In this document: one piece after another, positions 47,901 through 61,996 of the stretch
How the letters are laid out: the number at the start of each line of letters is the position of its first letter
How positions within the stretch are numbered: position 1 is the first letter of the stretch
DNA from: Euglena gracilis
Taxonomy: Eukaryota
Reading direction: 5' to 3'
Length of the DNA stretch: 64,000 bases
NCBI GenBank assembly: GCA_039621445.1
Contig: CP154954.1
Location: 37,681,703 to 37,745,702 of the forward strand
The notes under the pieces: generated by a model
Seen by the model: only the letters and a program-made list of their open reading frames with translations
Databases searched by the model: none
Told to the model about the DNA's origin: nothing
Position numbers and translations under genes: made by a program

Positions 47901-50394
47901 GACTTCCAGGACGTAGGTAATCCACGCCCTGTGCCTGTACTGTTGTCGCAGAAACATTTTCTGCCGGTGATGTTTCAGCACCTTTCGGTATTGTGTCCCG
48001 ATCTGAGGATTCCGGCACTGATGCAGGAGGAATCTCCTGGTCGGCTGGCTGCCGGCATTCTCGGCAGTCGGAGGCGGTTCTCCGCGTTCCCCGAAACTCC
48101 AGAAGTCAGCAATGTGAACTTCCTTGCAAAACTGGCATTCCAGTTTGTACCGCTGGGGGTACGCGAGGTCGACGTCCAGCACCTTGAACGGCGTGCCATA
48201 CATGCTGTCCAAGTATGCTTGGAGATTGCACGTGAACATTACCGCGGCCTGCGCCGGGAGTTTCTCCGGCAGGGGGTAATATTTCCACTGGATTCCCAGT
48301 GCTCCGAAGGAATGCATGTGGTTGAAGATTTCATTCAACTGTGCTACGAACGTTCCGTCGTCAGGACATGTGCCCAAACAGTCGGCATACGTCAGACCGT
48401 TTCGGTCGGGTAAAGACGCCGAAGTTCTGGCAGGGGTATCCCAACCAGGACCACAGCTCCCAGAAACCGGACATCCGGTCCAGGACAACTTCATCCGAAT
48501 GAGGGTATCCCTCAAACGCATAAAGTTCGGCACTGTAGAAAAAACGTTTGCAGTGATCGTTCATATGATTCTGCACCACTTCGAGCACCGCATCCGCTGG
48601 TCGGTGGATCACGTTGCTTGCTTGTGTAAACTGCTGGAGATCTTCGTCGATTTTCGGCCAGATCTCCTGAAGGTAGGTGAATACCACAGCAACGTCATCG
48701 TCCCCGATTTCGAAGGTTCGGCGGCTTTTCTGCCCTTGCCTGCTGGGGGTCCGACAGATTTTTCGCCTTTGCCTGGAGCTGGCCAGGCGGCTTTTCCGCC
48801 TTTGCCAGGTGGGGCTTTCCCACCTTTCTCCTGGCCTTTTCCTTTCCCCTTACCCTTGCCCTTACCCTTACCCTTACCCTTCTTACTACACAGCCATTCA
48901 AATGTCGCCCAGTAATCTGGGTTAACGTATTCCCAGTATTCTGGGTCTTCTGGTGTAAACACAGTGTAAGTCACAGATTCCGTGCTTGGCGTTCGAGCAA
49001 ATTCCCGCGCAGCGTCACCACGATTCGATTAAACTGGTGTGATTGGGGATGGTCGGGTTTCCCGACGTGCCTGTTCTGCCGTCGCATCTGGCGCTGGCGG
49101 AGCTTCCTCCTCAGCGTCGACGTGCATCGCCGCGGGCGGATGTTCCGACCTTTGGCTAGCGGCGCTGTGGCTGCGGCGTGAGATTTTTCGGGCCGAGGTC
49201 ACGCTTGCCGGCGGCAGAGCTTGTGGGTCGTGCTGATGGCGCTTCCGCCACAGCACCGTCCTGCTGTCGCGCTGGTTGACTTGATCGTGATGGAGCTGGG
49301 ACTCCTATGAGAGCCAACACAGCAGCATCATACTGCTGGCGCTCTTCTCGTGTCATTTCCGCCAGGGCAGGGTATCCCGGGCCAGCGGAAACAGGGGGAC
49401 GACGTGCTATTTATCGTTAGATTGTCACGGCACTTTCATACCGATGACGCTCCTCCTCAGTCTCGGACGGCCGGCCAGTCCACGGGTTAACGGGTTCATC
49501 CCGTGCCGGGGGAACTGGTGCCGCACGAGGCGCTGCCGCGGCTTCCCGCGGAACGAGCGCTTCGGGCAGTATCAGACGTCATGGGAGGGTTTCCCTGTGC
49601 AGGGCGTCGTGGCATAGGGTCAGGTATGGTTGGGTTGGGTTGAGGTGGATACACATACTGATCCCGTGGCATTGGCGCCTCCTGGGGGTAATCCCCAGAG
49701 ACGGTGTAGTGAGACACATGCTCCTGCGCAGGATAATCCCGCCGGGGCATGCGCTCAGGGGATCGAAAAATACTTTCTTTTACACGTGGGTGTTCACTCC
49801 GGACAGGTGCTTCCACTGTCTCTTCCTCGGGTAATCCGGGGGAGTGAGCACAAAAATGTGCGGTGTAAGTGATAACTGGTGGTACTTGCCGTGCTACCTG
49901 TGGCGGGACTTCCACGCCCAGGTCACGCATGGTAATGTCTGCCGCGAATACCGACGTGCCCGGGTCGGTGTAATACACCAGACCGGTCATCGTCGCCTGG
50001 GCGCACATACACCACACGGCTGGAGGGGTATTCGCGATGGTCAACGTTTTACGGCAGTGGTCATCCCACAACGCCTGGGTGAGGTGGTCTGGTGCCGGGT
50101 TTGCGCTCATACGCATAACCGGCTCATCGTCTCCGATGATCCGCCGTGATCCGCCGTGCGGTGGATCATCACACCTGCGTACGGTGGGAGGCGGCGAGAG
50201 CCTGATGGCTGAGATGGCCGCGCTTCCTCGGACATCGGGGTCATCCTGCCACAGGGGCTGGCTTCAGGGTTTCCCGGTGCCGCAGTCCGTGCAGGTGACT
50301 GCGTACCGTATCGATACGCAGACTGGTCAGGCTGAGGGTGAGTGGTTGGGTGGTAAGGCGGTCCTCCGCCTAGCTCCCTTCCACCGGGCAGCAT
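44917..50394 (-). pseudogene. Accessory ORF of A3
   Basis: Close homolog of 876-6319, with frameshifts at different positions. Confidence 0.82.
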
Positions 50395-50555
50395 GATGCC
50401 GCCCAGGGTCGGTACGTTGGGATGGTTAGGTTGTTGGTTGTAAGTTGGTAAGGGTAACCGCTTGAGTATCATTTGCTAAAAGGTCTGCGGAAAGAAAGAA
50501 TGATAAGAATCAATGATAAAAAGAAGAGAAATCAACATGGGTTTCCCACGCGTTC

Positions 50556-53500
50556 TCAAAAACTTGTCATGGAAACATCAATGTTATGCTTCTTGTTCCA
50601 CAGCTTCCAATCCTGTTGGACATGCCCAACAAAGCTGGTTGCTGGCCCCCAAGTGTCCTCCTCGGGCCCATACCCTTTCCAGCGGACCTTCCAAAGGTGC
50701 ATACCTTTGTCGATTTTGTGATCGATAACTTTATCCACTACAAAGTCGTCCGTCTCAGGTTATCTGGATCGGGGTTTGAAGTGCAGACACGGGATGGGTT
50801 TCCCATCCGGTGGCGACAGGTATGGTTTGAAGTCGTCCATATGAACGTCATCAACACCATTCGGTAATGCAACCTTGTAACGCCCGCTGGTACCTAGTCT
50901 TTCTAGGATTTCACAGGGGCCGAGCCAGAGGGGGTCCAGCTTGGAAGAGTGCATGCGAGTACGGCTATTCCGCACCCACACGCGGTCACCGGGACTATAC
51001 ACAGGTGACTTGAAATTCTGCAAAAACGGCTTCCGTTTGGTTGCATGAATATCAGTCACGTGCGTCTGGACTGCAGAACGTAGATTTTCTACTTCCGCAA
51101 ACCAGGTCTCGCAACTGAAAGTTGTTCGGGCGGGTCTCTCCGAAGGGACATCCCCTATTGCCGGAGGGTCCCGTCCGAAAACTAACTTATAGGGGGAGTG
51201 AGGCAAAACCCACCCTGGTAAGGTATTGGTATAAAACAAAGACCATGTTAGAACTGATATCCAGTTGCTGCGCGAGTCAGCCAGTGAAAGGCGAAGCATA
51301 TTCTCGACTGATTTCACGGCTGCCTCGGATCTACCATTGCCTTTGGGTCGGTATGTATATAATGGAAAAATGTTGCTCAGTTCCGCGTAAACCGCACAAA
51401 GTGGTGAAAAACCTTGAAGAAATAAAACGGTCTTGATCACTCACGATTTCATTCGGTAAACCCATTAAGCAAATGCCTTTCTCCAAAAATATAGTTGCCA
51501 AACTTTGGGCAGTCAACCCTGACTTCTGGCATGGAATGGCTACTATGTACCCACTCAGCCTGCAGACGACAACAAAAACATAATCGTAAAGTTTGTGTCT
51601 GTTCCTTTGCACGGTTCTAATTCCATAAAATCCATGCAGAGTAATGTAAAAATGTCAGGGGGTACAGGGAAAAAGTCCATCGTACCAGGGGGGTACCTCT
51701 GCGTGGTTTTACCGCTTGACAAATTTGACACCGTTGCGCTATTAGCAAACAGCGTGAGTAAAGCTCTTTCTCGCTCAGGGTTGTGCAATACCTGCGGCCC
51801 ACCAACGAAAGAAGTTTGGGTGCCCCAGGGTGACCATGGTTGTGATAGCACAAAATCACATCATCAACCAGGTCCTGGGGGATATAATATTTGTAACCCG
51901 ATTCATTGCGAAAAACCAACCGTAAAGGTGAAAGAGTGTAATTGTCCAACACTTCGCCATTACGAAGTGTGGTGACAATGGTGTCATACTCCGGATCACG
52001 ACTATAATCCCATTCGCGAAAGAACAGTGGGGAAGGGGACTCCGTACGCGTAATACGCCGGGGTCCGGACGTGCTTCCACGTCGGCGCCTTCCGCGCACT
52101 GGTGCGACCAGGAATAGTTGTGAAACGGAAAAAGAATCCAAAAGATTATCTGCAGCGTCCTTTCGACGTGCGTATTCGTCAGCTTCCTGACTTCCGTGAA
52201 AAGTCACGTCTCCCTCATCCGGGTTCCTAGGGTAATACAAAGGGGCCCGACTGAGCGAATCCGCTACGTTTTGTGTGTGACCAGGTGTATAAATAACCAC
52301 ATGGTTTAATTGACTCAAAAACTCATGCAATCTGCATCGCCTTCCGACCGATGACATGGCCTTGTTCAAATCCTCGGTGTACAGTGTTGGAGACTCTCAT
52401 GGTCGGTCTTGACGAGGATCTGGACGAGACTGCTGGCTACCCAGCTTCGAAATTTCTGGAGTATAAGCACGATTGCGTAGGTTTCCTTCTCGCGTATACT
52501 CCACTTGACTTGACCTTTTCCGTCGTCGCCCTGTACCTTTCTGCTGAAGAAAGCCACAGGTCGAAGTTCATTCGCTGCGTTTTGCTGGCTAAGAACTCCG
52601 CAAGCAGCGTAATCGCCGCTGTCGACTTCCAGTACGTATGGTTTGTATGGGTCCACGATTTCGCGGACAACATTCTCCAAGAGCAAAACCTTAATCTTCT
52701 CAAGGGCCTCGCGCATTTGGTCATCGCAAATGACTTTGGTGTTGTCAACAGCCCGGTTTTTGAGCTATTTGGTAATGGGCACCGCGATTTTCGCGAAGTC
52801 CTTCAGAAATATCGCGTAATATTGGGCTAGTCCCAAAAAACCTTTGAGGAGAGTAATCGTTTTGATTACCTCAGGGGTCCATTTCTTAATGGCTTCGAGC
52901 TTACTCGGAGCGGATTTCCGCTGTCCGTTGCTGAGGATGTGACCGCAAAATTTATAAGTATCCGAAATAAAATGCATTTTCGAGCCTTTCACGAAATGCA
53001 CATGTTTTGAAAAGCGGTTAATACCGCGCAAACATGGTGGAAGTGTGTGACTAGGATATCCCCACTCGCTTTTGCGGATGGTGGTGGTGTTCCCACCAGC
53101 ACATCATCAATGTACACAATTGCAAACGGTAAATCGCGTAGAACCCATTGTAGCATGCGTTGAAACATGGCTGGGCCATTCTTAAAACCCATGGGGAGTA
53201 CCGTCCATTGGTATACACCCTTGGATGTCACGAATGCCGTGTATGATTAGGAGTCATGGTGCAAGGGCATTTGGTGAAAACCGTCCTCCAGATCGAAAAT
53301 TGACCAAATCCGGTTTTCCGATTGTGTGGTGATCAAATCATCGATCAGGGGGAGCGGGAAGGGAGCATACCCTTGTTTGGGACTTCAGGTACTGGTAATC
53401 CAGTACCAGTCTCCGTTTCTTCTGACCGGAGGGGTCTGGGGGTTTAGGAACAACAAATGCCTGGGATGTCCACTCGCTTTTCGAGGGTACAATCCTCTTG

Positions 53501-55553
53501 CGCTGAATAAGCTTCTCAATCATTTCGTTGAGAGCTTGTTCGCGTTCTCCCGAACAACGAAAAAGTTTGGGGTGCATTGGTTTAGCTCCTTCCTTAAGCT
53601 CGAGCTGACAAACAACGAACGGGCCGCGTATCGCGGGGTCGATGTCGCACGCGTATACTGGATTTTCCAACACGCCGTGAAATTCTCGGGGGATCCGCGA
53701 ACAGAATTCGGCTGCCATAGGATGCTGACCTGCACTTTCGATGACTGCGGAAACCTCCAGGTGTCCCTGGGGCTACCGAGCTTCCTCGGCAACGCGAATT
53801 CGGACATTCCGAATGCCTCGAAGAAACATACGCGAAAAATGATTTCTTGCAAGGGTGGTAATATTTCACAACAAAAACATTTGTGGGTAAATCCCACCAA
53901 TAAAAACACACATGCGATAGTTGGGTGAACCATTCCGCTTCCGGAATGATGGGTATGGGAATAACTCCACGGGCTTCATCCCGCAGAATTTTCTCAACCG
54001 CACCTTCGATAAGCTTTGGAGGGGGGTGCATCCATAACACCGTATCACCCCAAAATTTGTCAAATGCGTTGCAGTGTTGTGACCAACGACCTGCAAACGG
54101 GCATGTGCATTGGACGAAAAGGTATCGATTTCCAATGCCAAATCAAAAGAATCGGCCAATGTCGTTATTTTGGAAAACCATCGTTCCAAAATGCGATATT
54201 GACCAAAATTGAAAGGGTCAATCTTCCACTACCGAAAGGGTTAATCCCAAGGGAGTTTGAACAGGCTGGGGGTTTCCCCATTCTGCATCAAATCCGTACC
54301 CAGTGTGATCGCGATTGAAATTAGGTGTGACGCTTTTCATGTTTCCAAACAACGAGGCTACTCCGCGTTGTTGGAGTACTCGGTGTATCTCCACACATTG
54401 CGGGCTACAAACAAGTGTATCCTTGGGTGTGGATTCTGTATTCGGAATAGCGATTAGTGTCGGATTTTCAACTAAACATCCACAATCGAAATCCGTTTGG
54501 GTGGAAATTCTCCTGCAGTGCAAACATTCGTAGGAAGTGTGATGGTGTGATGGGTGTGCGTGTAAGTGGGTGTCGATGGCATTAGCCGGTGAGTCTTGTA
54601 CAGGTGTGCGTGGATTCGGCACAACTGGTGGGAAACGGAGTGGTGGTGTGGCTGGGCGAGGACTCGACACCGTACGTACTGTAGGCCTTTGGGCTTTCGT
54701 CTTGTAACCCAGTGAAACGGCGGGGGTACCGCTACTCGCTTGCCCTACCTCACGTGGAACGCATGTAGGTGTGTGATTGGGTACGGGGGAGGCTTTCTCC
54801 GTACCCCGGGTGTGAAAACGGTTGTTGGTGTGCTGGCTAACGGTGTTGCCATTGTGAGTAACGCTGTCGAAAAAGTGGTGGTCGTCATGGTGGACGCCAA
54901 CAGTGATGGTGGTTTGGGTGTCATTGAAGTGGTGGGTGCTGTGTACAAACTGTGGGAGTGTCAATCCACAACCAATCGGTACTGCCGTAAAAATGGGTAT
55001 CCCAAAATTACGTCAGACCCGTGAATTCCGGACTCTTAACCCCAAATATTCGTGAAATGTTGTAATTGTGGGGGGTGTGAGTGATGTTTCGGAATGATGG
55101 GCAAGAGTATCTCGAGCACACATCCCAAATCACCACCGCACATGGGGGTGTTATCCGCGGTTGTAATTTTTATCGGTTTCTTTGCGCTTTCCATGAGCGG
55201 GGTCCGTATCAACCGCAACCGAAAAAGCAGTGGTATGCGACAACCAGTGTCAATGAGAATTTTACCTTAGGTGGAGAAATTTTGAATGCGTATTTCAGCT
55301 TGGACGAGCAATTCCATTGGTGGTACGCAAAGTGAAGGGTCTGGCGGAAATACGTTTGCTTGCCAGCTTTCCCAAGAACCCTTTCCTACTTTGCTCAACA
55401 TTCCGAGCGGAAATGTGGGGTGGGGGTAGGATACCCGAAATAATTCTGGGTACTGACCGTGAAGGCGGATGGGCAGGGGGGGCAAGGTTGATCAGGTCTT
55501 ACCTCCATCTGTTCATCAGCCCAGAGGTCCGTGCCCTCGAACCTCGGGCTCCC
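50556..55553 (-). pseudogene. pol: pol of A3: PR-(Cys motif)-MT-RT-RH-IN-chromodomain
   Basis: DTG at 55243-55251; YIDD at 53103-53114; EVDSGD...TDHESL; HNHGH...CQIC; MDF, SDQD, GRSE; WKVRWKGYGPEEDTW. Confidence 0.95.
53800..54210 (-). CDS. Dam/DIRS-type N6-adenine methyltransferase-like domain (second copy, frameshifted)
   Basis: EIDTFSSNAHARLQ...NAFDKFWGDTVLWMHPPPKLIEGAVEKILRDEARGVIPIPIIPEAEWF. Confidence 0.75.
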
Positions 55554-58500
55554 CTACTCCAAATCCGAACCGGCCGCATAGCCTGCAACAGACTTTCTGG
55601 TGGAATAGATGGAATTCAATGAACGCACCGCCATTCATTTAAATTCCCTGTCCGAGGTCTCATTCCCCTCCCTGCCCGAAGCCGGGGTGTCCTCCTCCAA
55701 AAAAGAAATCTTGAAACCGAATTTTTGCCGGTTGGAGAAGTTACCACGGTCCTCACGGCGCTTACCGCGATTTCTGTAGCCGGGCCGGGGGGAACGGGAT
55801 CTTGGACATTTGGATGAGTGGTGGTCTTTGGAACCGCAAAGTGAACAACGGGATTTGTGGAGGGATTCCGCAAAACGGGTAGAACGATATTCCGTTCTTC
55901 CATCAAACCGTCGTGGTGAACGGGTTTCCCGTCGACCATGACCGGCGTACCGGGGTTTCCCTGATGACTCGCGCGAAGAAGATGATCCACTTCGCGAACG
56001 AGATCGTGAAGAGTCGCGATTGAAATCCCGTTTCCGGGTAGGGGGTAGAGGTGACCGAAAGCGAGAAGGACGGGTTTCTTGACCATCACGCGATGGTGAC
56101 TTGGGCCTACTACCGTTAACTTGGTTCTCCGAAGAACGTGAAACGCGCGATTGTCGTGAAAACGCCGAGGAACCAGATCCCCGTGAGGAGGTCGAGCCCC
56201 TTGGACTTCCAATACGCTTTCGCGCATCGGGATTCGTGCATTCCTGAGACATGTGACCAGATTTGTTGCACAAAAAGCACAGTTTATCCGTGCCTTGGTC
56301 CGAAGAACGCTGATTCCGCGTTTTCTGTCCCGTGGTGGGTGATCTCGGTGACATGGGTGATTTTTGCAACGCTTTAACCGCACCCCCAGGGATTCCCGCG
56401 GTGGGATGTGTTTGGAAAGCGGACTGTATTTGTACCAAAACTTGTGTGAGCTTGAGTTGCTTTGACACATAATTCCAACGTTGGGCAACAGTCATCTCAT
56501 GCCCTGCCAACTCCTCGCAATGGATATCCTTCACGAGAGATGGTGTGAAATGTAACAAAACGGCATCGAATTGTTCGCACATTTTCTTCTCGCTAAGTTC
56601 ATCAACTTCGGAAGCAAGTGCCAACCATTTGGCATACCAAAGGTCAAAGGATTTCCATTTGCGATCCGGTGGCGCGGATTGTCGCCATTTCTTTTACAGG
56701 GTAATCCTGGTGACCAAACCTGAGTTGGTTGAAGCGTATTGCTCAACCAGGTCATCGAATGATACGCCATTACGTATCACCAAATTGCGTGCGCGTTCTC
56801 GCTCCTCCCTCGGTAGGCAATCGATGAATTCCATCTTGACTACCTCGGGATTCGGGTCTTGGGTGGGTCCCTTGAGTGCCCAGTAGTACTGCCAGTCCCG
56901 AAGAAATTCTCTCCATGTGGTTGGATTCCCGTCCCATTGGGGTTTCACCTTGTTCGCGATTGAGATGGTGCCCTTGTAGTCTCTCTGAGTAACCCGTTGA
57001 CCGCCGGTGGTATTCCAGGGGTTTGCGTCCGGGTACTTCTTAACACCAAACGCGTTTCGCGGATCTTCCGCACCATGTGTACCCCGTGCAGGGTCTCCCG
57101 CACCAAGGGTAGGGGTGGCAGTATTTACCGCACCTTAACACCAAACGCGTTTTTCCGCTCCATGTGTACCCTGTGCAGGGTCTCCCGCACCAATGGTAGG
57201 GGTGGCAGTATTTTCCTGCGGGAAGTGCGAGAAATGTGGTGAAATTTTCCGGGTTGGGCGGGTTTCCCGCCGAAAACCCGATGTGTGATCTGGTAATCCA
57301 GAACCCGATGGTGGTTGGTATGATCGCGAACGCGACACATGACCAATACCAGGTGTGGGGTGTTGGCTCATTCCTCGTACAAGGTTGGAATGTTGAATTT
57401 CTTGGTGGAGACCCGAATTTTAGAGTGGGGTATGAATTTCCCCATCGGAAATGTGTTGTGAAAAGTGAGTTTGTGGTGTGGGCAAAACCAAGGTGGTACA
57501 GTTCGTGTTTTCGCGGGTGGTTGTAGGGATTCCTACTCCAGAAGCAGTAATTTGAGAACGCGATTCCGGGACATTTGGGATACCAACCGCAGCGCTTACC
57601 GCGGTGGGTGGTGGCACAACCGGTCCCGGAATGGACGTTTTATCCAAACTCGCGGACAAGTCATGCAACGTTTCTTCCAAATGTTCCACTAACTGGAGTT
57701 GGCCGCAAATACGGTCAACCTCAGTCTCCAGATGCCTAACGCGTTTGCGGTAACAGGAGAAATCGTCCAAGTGTGGTAACTTTTCAGAAACCAAGTGTAA
57801 TTCTTGGACAAGTTGTCCTTGGGACTCCTCCACATTCCGGAGTTCACCCGCAAGCGCTTTTACTGCATTTGAGACAATTTGCAATTGGTGGGGTTAATTG
57901 GTTGAGGTTTCCGAGGTGGTGCGCGAGTTTAGCGCGGTTGGCTTTTCCAACAACGCAGAAATTCGTCCATCCAACCGTGAAACCTCATCTTGCATGGATC
58001 GGGCATTCCGATTCATAGATTCCTCAAGTTGAATCAAACTCGTACAAAATGCTTGCAAGGTTTCCTTGTTGTCACCAAGCATTTTGTTATAAAATGAGCG
58101 AAATTCCGGTGACTCGGATATCCGAGCGCGCGAAACATTGGGAAGTGCGCGAATTTCCGCTACTGTGGTGGACAACAAAGTACAACGGGTTTGCAATTCC
58201 CCAATAGCGGCTTGAATAATACTAATGTCGTGAACTCGCTTGGAAAGTGCAGAAACATGCTCCTGCAAACCGACAACGGTGGCATTAATACCGCCAATGT
58301 CCGTTTGCATTTGTTGTTCCGCGAAATCCAAACGTTGTGCGCAATCCGCGGTTTTCGCTTTCAAGGAGGGTAACCCATCCTGGTTTAGGGCACAATGGCA
58401 GGATTTTTGCTCCAAATGTAAAATTCCTTCCTCCAAAAGCTGGATTTGCATACGGGGAACAAAATGTTCTTGCACTTTTGCTTGAAATTGCTTCAAATGC

Positions 58501-59688
58501 TCGATTTCCGAGCAAAGATGCAAAATCCGTTGTTGGGCTTCTTGGAGAAAAGTGGTAGTGCGGCAAAATGCTCCATCACAACAAAGTTACCGATTTCCGG
58601 CATTTTGGGGGTGGCATTTTGCGCTTGTAACTGTTGCTGCAATTGCAGTAGCATGGTTGAACATGATTCCACTTTTTCAAAAAGATGGCTCACACCACCT
58701 TGCACATGCAGAAACTTGGAATCATTCCGCGTTTCCGCTTCATGCAGTGTTTCACTGATTTGTTGAAAATTTTGTGGAAGTTGGGTGCGCAAAATACTGT
58801 CAACACTTTCTCGAGAATGCTGAAGGTCTTTCCCGCATTTTCGAAATTGCGTTGGCAATATTTGCCGATTTCCTGGAAATAATTCCAGCAATATTCCAGT
58901 TTGGTGTTGACAACCCTTTGATTGTCCTCATCAAACTGCAAAACCTTGTTGAGCATGGTTGCACATTCCGCAACACATTGGTGGACATGCAAAATTTGCT
59001 TGCTCGGCGGGTGATCCGCTGGGAGTTTACCGAGAATACGGTAAACATCACCGGGGGTGAGTTTATCCCTCAAATCTTCCTCATAGTCCTCCACAATGGA
59101 AACGGCACCAGAGATTTCCGGTACCACCAGACGCATATCTGGGTTCCATGGCAAAGCAGGGAAAACAGCAGTTTCCGCTGGTAATCCTGCAATGCGTGAA
59201 ATGGTGTGGGGGGTGGAAATTGAGGGGGGGGGGTGGAGAAAACACGGTGTTTCCACCGAGTTGCACTCCAAAATGCCCACCGGTGCTTCCACCTGGGATC
59301 TTTTGGGAGTGAACAGAGCAAAGGGCAAGGACCCCTCACTTTGTTCATGGGTTACATGAGTTGCCAAGTGTAACGGTGCAAGGGGTTCATCCCTTCGCCG
59401 AATCAATGATGGGTGAACCGGGATGGAGGAAGGCATTTTGCCACCTACATCCCACACAATCAATGACAATGATGATTAGGAAGGCTCATTGCCCCCTTGC
59501 AACAAGGAAGGCGTTTCGCCTTGTGACAATAACAATGGATGCAATGTGTCTTCTTGTTGCTTGGGGAGTCGGGAATTGGAACTTGTTTCCTTCGAACCGT
59601 TCCAATCCCCGCAATGTTCATCAAGATTGGTCAATGAATTCATCAACAAGTCATAATCAATTTTGCTGTTGGGGGTTGTGCTCTGCAT
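55554..59688 (-). pseudogene. gag: gag of A3 (~1,380 codons; coiled-coil N-terminus, capsid-like core, two CCHC knuckles)
   Basis: ATG 59688 (MQSTTPN); KPQWDGNPTTW; CFLCNKSGHMSQEC and CSLCGSKDHHSSKC; TAG at 55554-55556. Confidence 0.88.
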
Positions 59689-59932
59689 CTTTTGAGATGG
59701 GTAAAAAGGCAAAAACCCAAAAATTCACACAAATAAGCGGAGAAACAGGGACCAGAAAGGTTGTATCGGCGAATACCGAACAGAGCCTTCTGAGACCTGT
59801 ATCCTTGCTTAAAGGTCGGCTAGGGGCCAGGAACAGTACTTTCACCGTGTTTCACGGCTCAGTACGATCCTCACCACCACTCAACCACAGAGTTTCTCTG
59901 TGTGGAACGTCCGTGTAGGATCGTTGCCTAAA

Positions 59933-59942
59933 TCTGCTACCA
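59933..59942 (-). other. Primer-binding site (initiator tRNA-Met)
   Basis: TGGTAGCAGA is complementary to the TCTGCTACCA 3' end found on many eukaryotic tRNAi-Met. Confidence 0.9.
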
Positions 59943-60375
59943 AGTGTACGTCCAAAGCTTTCCCTTTTCCCCTTTTTGGGACTTCTGAAAAGCCTTTCGC
60001 TTTCGCCTTGGTTGCTCAGCCTAGTTATGGTAGGTAAAAGTCTTTGGAGTAACAAAAAGTGGTTTTCCCTTTTTCTTCCCAGTTCCCCGAGAGGCAAAGC
60101 ACAAAGCAAAGAATTCAGAAGTTTCTTCTGGAGTGAAGTTCGACTGTTCTGAGGGTTTTTCCCTCTGACAAAACCAATGGTCAAACTTGGAAGTGATGAC
60201 AGTGAAGAATACCACCTGTGCTGTGGGGGAAGGAGAGAAAAGTGCTGACGTGTCCAGTGGCAGATCCCAGAAGAGTCTGCCACGATCTTACCAGCTGTGG
60301 ATTTCCAAAGTGGTACGACCGTCACAGAAGCAACTCTTCAGATATCCTACAGAGCTGGGACGTGCCTGGTACACC
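59943..60375 (-). repeat. 5' LTR of A3
   Basis: Direct repeat of 43619-44047; followed by the PBS. Confidence 0.93.
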
Positions 60376-61494
60376 CCCCCAGAGCGCCACAGCAGAACCG
60401 AGCAGGCGCAAGGGAGAGAAAGGCATGCCGCCCCCCAGCCGGCCGAAGGAAGCTAGGCAAGGGGCAAAGGAGGCGAGCCGAAGACCCCCGAGGCACCAAA
60501 AAGACCCAAGGGAGCCCAATGGACCGCCCCCCCCCCCGCCCAACCAGCCGGGGAGCGCACCGCCCCCACCGAAAGGCTCAACGCTCCGAGCTCTGCCCCC
60601 AGCCTGAAGGTCGGCGCGGCGCGGCTGCCAAGCCACCCAGCAGGAACTGCGGCCCCCGCCCAGAGCCCGGAGGAGTTCCACCCCCTCCCAAGGCGCCCAC
60701 AAGAGCCTGCGGTCTGCCTGCCAGCAGACCGCCCGGGGACCAACACCAGCACCCGACCAGGCTCCTGTGGCGCGCGAGGCCACACACGAGGGGCGCCCCC
60801 GGGGGCCAAACGCCAAAGGCCAAGGCCGGTGAAAAGGCCACACCCCTGCCCTCCTTATACCTGAACCACCCCGAAGTTTGTTTGTACAATTCGTTCACTT
60901 CGCCGATGAGGTGCGCTTCGCCCCCGCTCCCGCCTCCGAGGTTAGCCGAAGGCAGGCGAGGCCGGGCACCTTGGTAAGAAGAGGAGTGTGGGCGGCGGGA
61001 GGCGGCCTGGCGACTGCGCACCGGAATTAGCGAATTTTCTTCCCATTCCGCTACTTTTATTACCTGTGTACTTTCCCCACCACAGGTTCTCTCTTTCTGA
61101 TTTTTCATTCAAAGAATTGTGCATGCTGGATCAAGAAGAATCAAATATCAATCTGAGTTCAATAAAACAACTGTCCAAGAAATTCAAAGGTCAATCTGGA
61201 AGCCAGGCAAAAGGGGAATCAAAGGCAGCAAATCAATTCGAGAAAGGGGAAGAGCAAGCGACGCTGGGAATCAAGGTGAAGGTGTTCTTCCGCTACCCCC
61301 CCCCGCTACCCTTTTTTAATTGCAAACCAAGCTTTTCATACCCCTCCCTACTGCTTCAGAGGCACCCCCAAGGAGTTGGCCAAAAATACCGCCCCCCCTT
61401 TTTTGACTTATTTGGCTGCCCGAACCCAGGTGCTGGCTGAATTCAGGGACCAAAAGACACAAAAAAAAGTTAATTTGTGGGGCGTGTGTGCCTA

Positions 61495-61996
61495 TTTTTA
61501 CCGGAGCGCCGGGTGACTGTTTTCCCCCACTCGGCCTGCCGGGAAGCCCACTCCGCGCACGGTCACCGAACCGCTTTTTTACCACTTGGTAGGAATCGGT
61601 GTTTTTGGTTGTGGAGAGCGTTGTGGAAATGCGGGGGGACATCTTGGTTGACGTCATGGGGGGACAAGTTTGGGTGCGTGGTGTGTGTGCGGGGGGTAGT
61701 GCGCAAATCGTGTGAACGAAAATCCACCACCAGTCGGTGTTGCCGTAGGAACAGAAAACCCAGTATGGCATCTGACCCGGCGACATTTGCCTTGAATGCC
61801 CAGGTACCCAGAATGTCTTGGAATTGTGGAGGGTGTCTGCGGTGCTTCGGGAAATGGGGAGGAGCATGTCCAAAATGCATCCCAGGTCACCACCGCACAT
61901 AGGGCTGTTACCAGCGGTCATAATTTTGATGGGATTTATGGCATGAACCAAGAGGGCGGTGGGGATAAGTCCTTTGCGGAAAAGAAGGGCGATTCG
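61495..61996 (-). pseudogene. pol: Family A protease fragment interrupted by insertion of A4
   Basis: RIALLFRKGLIPTALLVHAINPIKIMTAGNSPMCGGDLGC...DAILGFLFLRQHRL; cut just after the DTGC position. Confidence 0.85.

Larger units (their letters stand above)
43619..60375 (-). mobile_element. Full-length family A LTR retrotransposon (copy A3, ~16.8 kb)
   Basis: Two direct LTRs (roughly 90-95% identical by eye), PBS, PPT, gag, pol and accessory ORF; no short TSD. Confidence 0.95.
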
